Below are positions 26,501 to 40,095 of a stretch of 64,000 bases of DNA, one piece after another. The first letter of the stretch is position 1. Each line of letters begins with the position of its first letter. Under the pieces are notes generated by a model. The model was not told the origin of the DNA. It saw nothing but the letters and a program-made list of their open reading frames with translations, and did not search any database. A program made the position numbers and the translations under genes. Source of the DNA: Vicugna vicugna (Eukaryota); assembly GCA_013265495.1 (NCBI GenBank), contig MU058198.1:632419-696418 (forward strand), given 5' to 3'.

Positions 26501-29500
26501 AGTAAACGTGAAACTTTCTCCTAGTGCCTGCTTTGGTAAGGATGATGGGTTAGCAGGAGACAAGAGAAAAATTAACAGCCACTGCCAAAACCCTGATCAC
26601 GTGCAAAATGAAGATTAGATGAGGTTAATTAATTAGATTAAATTGATGTTAGGAAATGCTAAATCTAATCAACTTGTTCCCTCTTAAAGAGTTCAGGAAT
26701 AGTAGACCCCCGTGGGGACCCCTGAGTTTGGTGTCACCTGCGACATTAGGATTGGCTTGTCAGCTGCACATGGAGGCCCTGGAAGCCTAGATCATTCTTC
26801 TCCCAACTTTATAAGCTCAGAGCCACAGACTTGAATGTTGTGGATCCCAAACAAGTTTGTTTTGACCAGATCTCCTATAGGACTTCATGCTATTTTTTTT
26901 GTTTAAAAAAGAAAAAACCCCAGAAATTCTCAAACTAAATAAAGATGTCCCCCCTTCCACCCCAGCCATAGATTGGCTGCTCCCAAGAGCTGTTGGAGGA
27001 CCTCTGTGAACGGCTGTTTCCCTGCTATGGTGCCCTCGGTCCATACCCAGAGATAAGCAGCGTCAGAGCAGCCTGTGCACGCAGTCCGTGCCCTCGGTGT
27101 TGGAGCTCTGGACGCCTCGTCCACCTCACCTGCGCATTAAGCTGCTGCAGGGCGGGCAGGAATGTGGCGTCCACGTCATGTTTAATAATTCAGCTCATGA
27201 TGTAAATTCGAGGCTCTAAATGCTGTGGTGCAAACCCTTAAAAGCCTGTTGTTGTTGTTCTGAAAGCCACATGCAGCAGTTGCTGGCCGAAATAAATAAT
27301 ACATTCAATTACTGAGAATGGGAAGGCTAAATATAAATTAAATGAAGCTTGTGGAAATGGGCCGCTTTGGTTTGCCTCCCTAAACATCTTCCCTCTCAGC
27401 TGGTTATAAAACATCCCCTCCGTCCTGATCGCTTTCTGGCCTCCTTTGAAGAAGCCCTGACTGTATCTTCTTTATCAGGTTGTGGCTTTCCAAGGCTGGG
27501 CCAGCCCAACAAGTAAACTCCCGTTGGCCCCTCGGCCAGGCCGGGGGGGATGCTGACAAAGGCCTGTTACAGGAGGCCCAGTTGTGGTCCTTTGGACACA
27601 TTGCTTCAGCATGTAGACTGGATCACGTGGGGATTTGGTCACCCATCACCCCCACCTATTTAGGACAAATGAAGGACTTGCAAACTGTTTGTTTGACCCA
27701 GTGCTTCTCACCTAGATGAGGCCCAGAGGTGCCCACTCATCCTTGCCCTCAGTCATGTCACTGGATAGCTCCTTGCCCTTCTTTGTCAGTCGTTCTTTCT
27801 GGAAGGTCACCCCCAGGCCACAAGAGCAGATTATTTTCCCTACATTTTTATCTTCATTCCTTTATCTGTACAGTTTCTAACCTCAGAAAGGAGGGTGTTT
27901 TACAATGGAAGTAACGTTAAAGGTGGGTCTTGAAAGAAGAGCATATGTTTATCGGGGAAGGGCTGAGGGGAGGGGAAGAAGGAATAGGTGGTGTTCCAGG
28001 TAGAGGGACCAGTCTGAGCAAAGGCATGGAGGCGACAGAGGTGTGCAGTTACAGGATGTGTTTGGCCAACAGCAGGATGTTGGGATGAGTCCCTAATTAG
28101 TGGTGAATTTCAAGTCTCCTGAATGCAGTGGTCCCAATCCGGAGCCTTCTACTTTTGAGCTGGATGCCCTTAGACAAACAGGCTTTTCTGTGCCTCAGTT
28201 TCTCCATCTGTAAAACGGAGATCATGGCAGTGATGCCTGTCTGTCACTGATTAAATGAGCTCATGTACTTGGAGCACTCAGGCCACTTGCGTAAAGTAGT
28301 GGCTCAGTAAATATTAACTTAATATAACCGTCTCTCAAAAGATGAAAGTATACCATGGAGTTTTTAGGAGCTAACTGTATATACTGCCAGCTCTGCCATC
28401 TCAGAGTTCTGAAAGAATACGTTTGATGTGACTGTTTTCTCAAACCTTGAGGCCTCTCCGGTGATTATGGACAAAGTAGGTTATTTTCGCTCCAGCAGTT
28501 CACAGGTGGGCAGATGGCATGAAGCTTGTCACCCACATTCATGTCCGAACGCGCATGATCCATCCTGCTTAGGGAGGTAAGGGCTGGAGTGGATGGCAGC
28601 TACTGATGGAAGGAACCCACAGAAAAGGAGCAGGGGCGAGTCTCCCCCCTTAAGTTAACGTAACTCCTTATAATAGTAAACGCCTGCCATTTGCTTCCTC
28701 CTGCCAGCAGTTCTTGGCCATTTTTTACATGCAAGCCACTGTGCCAAGCATTGTGCCGCAATGGGAATGCACTTAGACTTCATGCTAGCAGGAGAGCCAA
28801 TCTGTTTACAGTTATACAAAGCAGCACGTGATAAATGTCATGAAAGATGTTCATAAAATGTGCCAGGAAATTTTAGAGAAGAGAGAAATGATCCTTGGCT
28901 TGGAAGAGGGGAAAAAAAACAAACTTCTTAAAAGAGGTAGAACTTTTCAGCCTGGAAGATAAGGAGGATCTGTATATACCAAAGTGAGGCAGAGGGCATC
29001 CTAGCTAAAGTCAATGCTAAGTGCATCTGGAAGGAATGAGTGGAAGGTCAAGTTAGGTAGATAGTTTGGGGAGTAATTGTTGAGAGAACTGAGTCCCCAG
29101 AAAAGCAGTTCAGTTTTATTTGGTGCATATTATTTGCTGGGTGGTTGATCTTCATTTTACAGAGGAGGAACTGAAGCTGAGAGATGAGACGTGACTTGCC
29201 CAGGGACATCTAGCTAGTAAGTGACTTCAAGTGCTCTCTGCACCCCTGCACTTCTCTGCGGTTAGGTTAGTTCCTCTAAACCACAGTGCAGTGTTTTATT
29301 TCCAGCCTTGGGTGCGTGTGGTTGTTAGAGATCAGTTATTGTAAATTGAACTTTAGATAAACTTATTTAGGAGACAAAGAATCAGAATTAAGATAAAGAA
29401 CGCCTAATCCTTTCTGCTCAGGGAAATCCAAGCTTAATATCCACAGAAAGACCTTCCCAGCCTCCCGGGAGCTACTGCAGGGATGGCAGAAAGGTGTGTC

Positions 29501-30034
29501 ATCCCCGCAGAGTCCCAGAGATGTGAGTCAGGGAATACGTGGGCTGAGTGTGCTTGGCTCCCGGAGAGAGGCTTTGCCGAGTCAGAGATATAAAAGAGGG
29601 ACAGCATACTGGCACCTCCTACGGTGCCGCTGAGACGGAGAAGTCATTTATATGTCCGAGTGGGCTTTTCTCATTAAGTGCAGCTATTAGAGTGAACTTA
29701 TAAGGGCGTTCTGCATAAACCCGGTGGCAAAATCAAGGAGTAACGCTTAATTGTTATCAATGACAGCTTAATGAATAAGGTATTGAATTGTTCCTAGGCA
29801 TTCATATTTCTTTAAATCTTGCTCTAAACACATATCATCAAAATAGCAGCCCTTAAATCCTCCCAACTTAATTGCTGTGATAGCAAGTTCCATTGCAAAA
29901 GCACAGTTTAGTAATAAATAGCATTAAATCTCTGTGAATAACTTGCCTATAGGTAATAACTTGGCCATTTGGACTGTGAGGCTTCACCCAGAGACACCCC
30001 TGTCACTTGGTGACAGCACATCCTCATGGCAGAC

Positions 30035-30385
30035 TGCCTTAGTCTGTTGGGGCTGCTGTAACAAAAATGCCACAGGCTCGTGGCTCAGTCAACAAACATT
30101 AATTGCTGACAGTTACGGAGATCCAAGATCAAGGGACCGGCAGATTCGGTGTCTGGTGAGGACTTCTAGACTGTCTTCTCGCTGTGTCCTCACACGGCAG
30201 AAGGGATGTGGGGGCCCTCTGAGGTCCCTTTTCTACAGGCCCTGACGCCGTTCACAGGGCCACACCCTTGTTACCTAGTCATCTCCCCAGAGCCCCGCCC
30301 CCTAATTCCATCCCATTAGCGTTTAGGGTTTCACCATATAAACTGAGGGTGGGGTGGGGTGGGCGTAAACATTTAGTTTGTAACA
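30035..30385 (-). mobile_element. MLT1A-like solo LTR
   Basis: tgccttagtctgttggggctgctgtaacaaaa...catttagtttgtaaca, homologous to 6490. Confidence 0.75.
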
Positions 30386-32539
30386 CCGAGTTTGAGAGAG
30401 TAGACTGTCTTGTTGTTGCGTTTTGTGCAGTAGTTTCAGTTATATTGAGATTGTCAGTTCAAATCTGCATTTACCCAGAGATGGAAAATGTTGAAAACTG
30501 AAAATGTTTAAGCAGTGGGGTTGATAGAACTTGAGAGAGAGTGAATAGTTCTTGTAGCCTGAACCCTGTTTAATAAGGTGTATTTAAAGGACAGGAGTCT
30601 TTCAAGCCCTTGTGACATTTTGTTACGTGCATTAGGAAATTGTGATGTTTCCTTTCCTAGAGTTCCCTAGACAGGGACAGCTGTCCATCTGAGTTGTGCA
30701 GGAGGGCATATGATGGCTGAAGGTCCGGGAATGGAGTGGAGTGGATTTCTTTAGCCTGGGAGTTTATGACTCTGACAAGTAGTAAAGATTTTCAGTAAAG
30801 ATTTCCGTTAGCACTGACCCAACGCATTATTTGGAAAATAAAAAGACATCTCTGAAGGTGGTCCGGATTACCACTTCTTGCCTGTCTCTTATGTTTCATG
30901 TACAAATCATATTCCTTATTGACAGTGCCAGGGACACAGAAGGATGAACATATTCTCAGAGGTCACATTTAAATCTGAGTTTATTTTATCACGTATGGAG
31001 TGTGTTTGAGGAGACTGTCCTGTATCCTGTTGAAAAATGGCCAACCTGTACTTTATTTTCAATCTTAGTGATTTTTATTTCAGTATTTCATGCTCATTTG
31101 AAAAAAATTTCAACAATACAGAGTATTGTAGTGTAAATCTTAAAAAAAGTAAAAAGCACCCAAATAAGAGTCACCAGTAATCTGTCTCCTCACCTCTAAA
31201 AAATACCCACTGTTCACAGTTTGGATATCTTGTTTTTTTTTTTTCTTCTATGTATTATCCATTAAAAAATATTCATTCATTCTCATATGCTCTCTGCCTG
31301 TCTCCTCTGCCCTTCCTCCCTCCCCATCCATTTATTTCCGTATATATACACACGTAGTCCCCCACCACCACCTAAGAAATGAGATTGTGTCTTCCCCAGT
31401 GTTTTTCCATTTGCTTTCTTTGCTTATCAGTAAATCTTGGCTGGATGGTAATTAACTAGTTCCTTGTGGTTGGGTTGTTTTCGGTTTTTCTCCGGTCGAA
31501 CTGAGCTGATACAAAAATACCTTCATCCAAGGACAACAGCTGGCCCAGTTATTTACAGTAGCTGGGCCGCAGGGATAATCCAAACATACCTAGTTGACTT
31601 AGTACCTTCACCCGAGCCCTTATTTTCAGCTTCTTCCAGGGTTTGCTAGTGACATATATTTTGGTGACCACTTTGTAGTTTAGTGGCTTTGTGTTTTGAA
31701 TATGTTTCATTTCTCCAATGTCCTTATGGAGGTTTCTGGAATATCATTCTCCTTTGGTGTTCTGCAGACCGTTTGAAACTGCCCAGATTAGGAAACAGGA
31801 AAGCCTGAAATCTCAGAAAATGATCAAAAGTTCCATGATGATTATCTAACAAGCCTTCCTGGCTCTAACTGGCTGTGTATGTGAAATGTCAGACTGCTTC
31901 TATTTGCTTTTGGCTGAATGTCTCCAGATTAAACCTTTCATGATGCACTATTTGCTGTTGGAAAGTCATATTCTGCATTTAGCTGAAGGATTCAGAACAT
32001 TTTTTTTTCAAACTTGTTGAAATACAGAATTCCCTGGAGAAGCTTGTTTTTAAAAAATGAATCAAAATATTAAGATTTTATGTTACGTGCATTTTACTGC
32101 TTTAAAAAAAAAAGGAAGAAAAATGGAAAATTGACCAATTTCCACTTTGTAGCTATAAAAAGAATAAAGATGTACTTTATGTGCTGTGATGGGTTTATCT
32201 CCAAGACATGTTGTACAGTGGTGGGGGAAGAGTTGCAAAATGGTGTCTGCTATATATTAACTCTGTATAAAAAGAAAGGAAGAAAAAATAAAGGAAAAGT
32301 ATATTTGCTTCTCTATACTTAGGAGCAGACCCAAACAGCAGATAATACTCTTTGCCTCTGGAAAGGGAAACTGGATGGCCAGGGACCAGCGTGAGAAGGA
32401 GTGTTACCTTTGGAATTTTTGAATCATGTGCTTCTATTACCTATTCAAAGATAAATATTTTTTTAGTTAGGTTTCCAAGTCTAGTCCAGTTCAATACACT
32501 TAGGGTGGGGCCTGTGAACCCAGATACATATTTTAAATA

Positions 32540-32965
32540 ACAGTATTATTCAGATATTATTCATGTACCGTAAAATCTATCTTTTTGAAGTTTACAATTC
32601 AGTGGCTTTTAGTATATTCAGATTTGTGTGACCATCATCCCTAAGGCCAGAACTTTTTCATCTCTCCAAAAGGAAACCCCAGGCCCATTAAGCAGTCCCT
32701 CCCCATTTCCCCTCCCACAAGCTCCTGCCAACCACCAATCTACTTTTTGTTTTGATAGATTTGCCCATTCTTGTTTTTTCATATAAATGAAATCTTACAG
32801 TGTAGCTCTTTTATGACTGGCTCCGTTCATTTAGCATAATGATTTCAAAGTTCACCCCTATGTAGCACGAATGTACATATGTATGTAGCATCCGTGTAGA
32901 ATTGAAGAAACCGCTAGATTATTTTGCAGGGTGGTTGTACCATGTTCCATTCCTACCAATAATGT
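32540..32965 (-). mobile_element. L1MB-like fragment
   Basis: tttacaattcagtggcttttagtatattcag...ccagaactttttcatc, homologous to 34170. Confidence 0.65.
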
Positions 32966-34169
32966 TTGGGGACCTGGGAACCTGTATTTTTACAAAGATC
33001 TTGATGATTCCTATGATAAAGCAATTTTGAAAAACACTGTCTCCAAGAATCGCACGGTGCCTCTTACTGTGAATGCGGCGGACCGAGCACACACACCCAG
33101 TACCTGGCAGTGCTGAAGGACATGTTCATCACTCTACAGAAAACAGCAACAGAATGCTTCTCTGCAGAGAAGTCAGCGCCCCAAGAAAAAGGGTCTCAAG
33201 CAGAATGAACTCCTCTGGAGTGAGATCAGCCAGGCTTGCATGGTTTTTTTTGTTTTTAATTTTTTTTTTGAGATGGGATTTGGAAAAGTAATCTGGTTGT
33301 CCCATGAAAACTCAGAAGAGTCAGATGGAGGAAGGCATAGCATGGGGAAGCCAGTGCATATATATGCTTGTTCCTTCCTCCAGTAGAACCAGGATAATAA
33401 TTTTTATGAATCAAAATCTAATTTCTCCGTTTTCTATTTCTTAAAAAAAAAAGAATCTAACCTATTTTATCTGAAATTGTCTTCTTTGACTTTTAATAGC
33501 CACGAAATAAAGCGTTATATGCTGTGGGGTACACAGAGGTAGAGATAATGTTATACACTTGAAACTTACATAACATTATCAACTAACTTCAGTTTTTAGA
33601 AGGTGTTGTGTGCTATCGACGTGATTATTTATTCTGAACTCTAAACTGAGGAAAACCTGTTTTCATACACCATAGGATTTAAGTTGTAATCACTAAGCAA
33701 GACTGAGAAGTCTCCCAGACAAGATTTTATATAATGGGGGCCAGTCTTCTGAGGATCGAAGTAAAAATCTGCTTTGGAACGTTTTCTGCCCCGACCCTTA
33801 AATCACTGTTTATTTTAGCCCCTTCCTTTGGACCGGGAGCGGAGTGGGACGGGTGTGAGGATCAGGGCGCCCGGCTCCGACCAGCTCCCTCTTCAATGCA
33901 CCATAATAACAGGCACTTTACTCAGGGCTGCTTGGTCACAAATACATAAATAGAATAAGCAAACGTTCTTTCAGGTCGTTCTGAGCAGAATTTTAGTTTC
34001 CGCGGAGAGAGGCTCTTCACCTTGTTTCATAATGGACTTAATGTGCCTGTAGAGCCAGGGGGACAGTGGGCTTTTCCTGTGGGAGGAAGGCAGCCAGACC
34101 TGGTGGAGTCCAGGCCTGCCTGGGTCCTGAGGGCGCAAGGTCAAGGGTAGGTTCAGCTCTGTTTCTTAC

Positions 34170-35100
34170 TTTTGTATTGTGGTAAAGTTTACATGACGTG
34201 AAAGTTAACCATTGTAACCATTTTTAAGTGTATAGTTCAGTGGCTTTAAAGGATATTCACAAGGCTGTTCAAACATCACCACTATGCATTTCCAGAACTT
34301 TTTCATCACCTCAAAGAAAATGAAACTCTGTACCCATTAAACGATAACTCTCTACTCCCCCCTCCCCATTCTGCTTTGTCCGTCTGAATTTGACCACTCT
34401 GAGTACCCCAGACAGTTGGAATCAAACAGTATTTGTCCTTTTGTCTGACCTCTTTCATTTAGGATAACATGTCCAAGGTTCATACATATTTGTGTCAGAA
34501 TAGCCTTCCTTTTTGAGGCTGAATAATACTCCTTTGTATGTGTGTACCGTATTTGGCTTATCCATTCATCTGTTGATGGATACTTGGGTTGTTTCCACCT
34601 TTGGGCTCTTGTAAATTGTGCTGCTGTGAGCATTCATGTACAAGTATCTGTGTGAATCCCTGCTTTCCTTTCTGTTGGGTATATGCCTGGAAGTGGAGTT
34701 GCTGGCAGATGGTAATTCTAAATTTAACTTTTTGAGGAACCACTGAACTGTTTTGCACAGCAGCTGCACCAGTTTAGATTCCCACCAGTCAGTGCACAAG
34801 GATTCCAGTTTCTCTACGTCTTTGCCAAAGCTTGTTATTTACTGGTTTTTTTTTTTCATAGTGGCCATTCTCGTGGGTGTGAGGTGATACCTCATTGTGG
34901 TTTTGATTTGCATTTCTTTCATGATTAATGACATTGAGCATCTTTTCATCTGCTTGCTAAAAGCATTTGTATATTTTCTTTGGAGATATGTCTATTCGGG
35001 TAACCTTTTGTCAGGTTACTTGTTTTTTCGTTGTAGAAATTCTTTTTTATATTCTGGATATAAACCCCTTATCAGATTTGTCATTTGCAGATTTGTGTTT
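34170..35100 (-). mobile_element. L1MB-like LINE-1 3' fragment
   Basis: Typical L1M 3'UTR; minus-strand ORF 34352..34633 (WKQPKYPSTDEWI...EYYSA) resembles the decayed ORF2p C-terminus. Confidence 0.85.
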
Positions 35101-36304
35101 CTTTTAAAAAAAAAATCACGAATGAAATTGTGTTGCTCAGTGCAGGTAATGGCCTTTAAATCCTGCTCAGCTGAGTCTTTTACCATCCCTGGGCTACTGT
35201 TCACCTGGCCACTCAATTTCTGAGCTCGTTTCCTCATCTGGGCGTGGACATAACTGTACCTTCCCTGTAGGACTGCTTGAGGACTAAGAAAATAAACTGC
35301 CTTGAGACAGGGCTGAGGCGTTCCTCTGGTTCCCATGAATGGAGCCATTTACTCGTCTGGAGGCCAAGATCGAAGACCCTGCAGCTTTGGGCTCTTTCTG
35401 GGAGGTTTGGCTTCCAGAGCCCCCCCCCCCCCCATGCCCAACCAGACCATGATCAGCTGCTTCGTGTCCCCTTTAGAGCAAAGCACGCCACAGATTCCCA
35501 GGAGGTAGGTGTTAATTAGTGTGATCACGTTGGTCTCATCACACTTACGTTGTCAGCTCTTGCCCCCTCTGTTTTCCCCTTTGTGCCCACAGTGCCCCGG
35601 AGGGTACCCGTTCACAGTTGGCACTTAATAAACTTGCTTAGGCGAACGTGCTAAGGGTGTGAGTGCGGGGTCTGAGAGGCAGCCTGGGAAGGAGGCTCCT
35701 GAGAGTGTCTTTCCACACCGTGTTTTTTCCTTTGAAGAAGGAGGAGAAGGCAAAACCCGACTCTCCAGCTTCAGACGCTTACTCTTCTCATTAGGGGCCG
35801 GCCTCTGTTCCCGGACGTGGGCGTTCGTTGCTGCATCTGCCCCCTGGGGTGCTGGATGGGGTTCCAGCTTTGGCCCAGGGTGCCACAGACCAGTACAATG
35901 TTCTCTCTGCATCACTGCACGCCGTTTCGGAGTGGAAGTATACTTGGACCATGCAAATGTTTGATCTTGTCGGGTAGTTTAAAATTTCATTTGTCAGGTC
36001 AGCGTTTTGTCTCTTTTGACCCTGAGGCTCTTTCTCATGGTTAATACTTTGGCACTTCTAGAAATAACTCTCTCTCCCCGTCTCCATCTCATCCTCTACA
36101 CACCCCTCCAGCCCTCCCCGTCTGTCTGTGTCCTCCGGTCGCTCCCTCTCACTGCCCCTCTTCCTCACTCCATCTCTCCTCCTCTCCTCACTCCTTCCTT
36201 CCTTTCTCTCTCTTCTTGTTTTACAGACTGTTTCATATTTCTTGAAGTATGTTCATTTCCCAAATGATCCTCTGGACCACTCACCTAATCAGGAGTCCTT
36301 AAGT

Positions 36305-36328
36305 TGTGTGTGTGTGTGTGTGTGTGTG
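36305..36328. repeat. (TG)12 microsatellite
   Basis: direct reading. Confidence 0.95.
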
Positions 36329-36933
36329 CATTCTTTCACACATTTCCATTGTTATTTCTTTAACCAACACAGTGTGCATTAGAGTAGATTCGGACAGACC
36401 GGAGTTTGAGCCTGGGCTCCACCACCAGCACTAGCCCCTCCTGCGTACCCAGGACACTGTCACAGGGCCAGTCGTTTCTCTTCTGGCACCTCGTTTCCCA
36501 TCTGTGAAGTGGGCCCCCTGGCAACGTGTTCCTCCTGCGGTGAACGGGAGGGTTCAGTGAACCAGTTCCAGTTAAGGCTTCAGTTCAGGCAACTGTGATT
36601 TCTATGCTGTCTGTAAAAATTTGCCACATTTTTTTTTTCACTTATCATCTAAAGCCAGTTTGACTGAGGTCTTTTGAGCTGAATTGCTCAAAGGAGGGCG
36701 GAGGGAAAGTAGAGAGATGGGAGGTAGCAGCTGTGCCCTCTCAACCGAAGGTTCCACCGAGTCCGTGACAGTGTGCGGACGCCCTCCTCCCGCACCTGCC
36801 GGATGTCTTGGGCCCTGACTTCCACGTACCTCCCAGGGCTGACGTCCGGGTCGGCTCCCGGGCCGTGGGAAGGAGAAAGCTGACCCTGACTTTTTCTGAG
36901 TTCTCATACATGGACTTCTCTTCTGTCTTGCAG

Positions 36934-37073
36934 CTGATGCCTTTTTCAAAGCCGCCATAAGCCTTGTTCCAGAAGTTCCAAAGATGATTAACATTGATGG
37001 GAAGATGCGGCCCTCAGAATCATTCCTTCTGGAATTCCTCTGCAATTTCTTTTCTACTTTATTGATAGTTCCG
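36934..37073 (+). CDS. VPS35L: VPS35L exon ([46 protein letters not shown])
   Basis: tcttgcag|CT GAT...CCG|gtacgt; 140 nt; completes the G+CT=Ala codon. Confidence 0.96.
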
Positions 37074-37269
37074 GTACGTTTCCCCAGAAGACGTGGAGGT
37101 GATGTCCTTCTCTGACCTGTTTTATGTACATTCTTAGCCCTTAAAGTGTGAGGACGTTTTGTCCATATCTGTGTTGGTTTTCTAGTCAGATGTTTGAATT
37201 TCTCAATGTGTTTTCCATTCATTTTGTTTCCAGGATGTATTAGTCGAGGCTCTCTATATGGCCAAAGGG

Positions 37270-37512
37270 GTGTCATTTAGTGGTTAAGGGCTTAGGCCTC
37301 TGGACCAAGATGTTTAGGGTGGAATCCCAGCTCCCCTTCCTCCCAGCTCTGTAGTCTCAGGCAATTGAGTAACATTACCGGGCTGCAGTTTCCTCATCTA
37401 TAAAATGGGAATAATAGTATCTACATCTCTAGGTTGCTGTTAGTGAATATTAAGTAGGCAGATAAACATACATGGTTAGAACAGTGCCTTAGTATGTTGT
37501 AAACACTAAAAA
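37270..37512 (+). mobile_element. MIR SINE
   Basis: tagtggttaaggg...cagtttcctcatctataaaatgggaataatagta...agaacagtgcct. Confidence 0.75.
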
Positions 37513-39459
37513 GGTGGTGATGTTCTTTTGATGGCAAGTACCGGAAACCACAGCAAGACAGTGAAAGTTGAAGTCTTAAGTATTTTATTTTCTATATTAA
37601 AAATAGTATTCTGAGTCACCCATAGGTCTCACCAGGCTGTGACAAGGTCCAGGCACAAAACAGATTGGCTCCTGCTGGAGCCAAATAAACATAGGAATTT
37701 GGGGATGTACTTTAAAATAGTCTTGCTACACCCCCTAGTCCTTTACCAAGCGTCTCGCTCAGTAGGTGGGTTTGGCCTCTGAATCAGCATTTTTGAAAGC
37801 TCTCTCATCGTCAGGTATAGGTGGTCCTAGGATCACATTTTGAGAAACTTTCCTCTGGACTCAGGGCATGAAAGAGCCTAAGCTCCCATACGTACGGGGT
37901 CCCTTTTTGGGGAGATAAAAATGTCCTAATGGGGTGATTGCACACTTTTGTGAACATACGAACAATGAATTTGCATTTTGAATGGGTGAATTCTTGGGTG
38001 TGTGAATCATATCTGGGTGAAGCTGAGAAAACAGAAAGGGACTTAGCTCCCAACTTTCCAAGTTCAGATCCCAAGTTCGCTGGAGAGAGGCAGGGATGGT
38101 CAGGAGGCTGGGATGAAATCGAGGATGCTTCTCTCATTGTTTTCAGATCTCCTTCTTAGTACTTTATAATCAATTTCTCTCTCTTGGATATATCCTAGTT
38201 ATTTGTCAAGTGGCAAAATCAAGGTTTCTAGTGAGGAAATTGATCAGTGCAATTGTTCATTGATTAATTAGATGCATTTTCATTCTGCATGCAGGGTTTT
38301 CTCTGTTAAAAATCATTGAAACTTTGCGTGTGGAGTCAGAAACTTGTATTCAGTCCTGACCCAATGACTCAACAGCCTTGTGGCCTTGAGAAAGTTTTGT
38401 AGCTCCTCAGAGCCTCAGTTGTCACCTTCCTAAAATTCCATCTAAAATTCCAACCAAATGTATACCTTTGCAGGGCTGCTGTGAGATTGACTGAAATGAT
38501 AGGAAAGTGTTTTGTGAACCAGAAGCTCTGTCCCTGGGGTTACAAACTGATGACCAGTGGTTGGAATCTAGCCCGGAGATACACTTGTTGGTCACATCAT
38601 GATGGAAAACATTTGGAATGAATTATCAACATGTAAAAATTGGTAGATCACAGAAAACCCCAGATTTTTCAGTTCCTTATGAAAAACTATGTCCTGCCAT
38701 GTGGGGCCTGCGTTCCCCAATCTGGCCAGTTGGCCACAGCTGGAAGGCAGCTGCCAAGTTCTGGGGGGGCATGTGCACCCTCCCCAGGTCTCCTGGGCAC
38801 CTCCAGACCCACTAAATCTGCTTCTTTTGCCTACCTGGCCCCTTAGGCATTCAGGGGAACACCCTGGTCTCAACAGACTTGATTGTTCCTGGTATCATTG
38901 CTTGGGTTTCTGCCAGGATTTACTCTTAACGAGATGAAGAGTAGCCACAGTTTGTGACTCTTGGCTGGGTGCCCCGTGCCAGGCTGACCCCGTCCGTCAG
39001 CACTCAGTCTCTGTGAAAACTCCCCCTAGCCCTGCAGGGTAGGAGTCATCGTGCCTTTTCCACTTAAGGAAGCCTGGAGCCAGAGAGGCCATGCGGCCCT
39101 CCTGGGGTCACGCAGCTGGTAAGCAGCAGAGCTGGGAAGTCCTCCAGTGCCTGTCCTGCACAGCCTGTGCCTGAAACATTTGCAATGGGCTTTATCTGCT
39201 CAAGGTTGTTGAGATTTAACAGCCCTGCGTTCCTCCTACAGGATGCAGCGTAGTAAGTACTGGCTGGCTTTGCGGATGCCTGTCGACATTCAGCCTGAAT
39301 AGCCAAGGCTGAGCACTGAATGAGCTCAGAGGCCAGGGGGTGGTCCTTACAGGAACCACATCTCCTTCAAGGAGGTTGAGCATGAGACAACTCCCATGTC
39401 CCATTTCTGCCTGGTTCACATTGTACCTTCCATGTCACAGCTTGTTTTTATTTCTTTAA

Positions 39460-40095
39460 ATTTAATTTTATTGTTGTAAGGATATTTAACATCATTTACC
39501 CTCTTAACACAGCTTTAAGTGTACCATACCATATTGTTGACTCTAGGCACAATATTGTACAGCACATCTCTAGGGTTACTCATCTTGCTTAATTAAAATG
39601 TGAAGCTCGTTGATTTAGTGACTCCCCATTTCCTCCTCCTCCTGGGCTTGAATTCTGGTCTTTGGTTCTATAAACATGACTATTCTAGATGCCCTATAAA
39701 AGTGGAATCATACAATATTTGTCTTTCTGTGACTGGCTGACTTCACTCAGCATAATATCCTCAAGGTTCATCCAGTGCTGTCGTGTATGATAGCATTTCC
39801 TTCCTTTTTTAAGGCTGAGTAGTATTCCACGGTACACGTATACCACATTTTCTTTATCCATGTATCTATCAGTAAACATTTAGGTTGCTTCCACATCTCA
39901 TCTGCGGTGATAGTCCTACAATGAGTGTGAGAGTACTGATCTCTCTTTGAGATCCTGATTTCAACTGTTTTAGATAAATACCTGGAGGAAGGATTGCTGG
40001 ATCATACGGTAGTTCCATTTTTAATTTCTTGGGGAACTTCCGTACTGTCTTCTATAGTGGCTATACCATGTTGCGTTCCTACCAACAGTGCTTGT
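39460..40095 (-). mobile_element. L1MA/MB-like LINE-1 3' fragment
   Basis: Minus-strand ORF 39694..39879 (WMNLEDIMLSEVSQSQKDKYCMIPL) is typical of the L1 ORF2 end. Confidence 0.85.

Noticed and set aside
34352..34799. active LINE-1 ORF2 coding sequence
   Set aside because: Short, frameshifted fragments of an old L1; no intact ORF.
36638..37276. 212-aa minus-strand ORF (longest in track)
   Set aside because: It is antisense to a VPS35L exon, has no recognisable domain and starts at a MIR edge; likely a shadow ORF.
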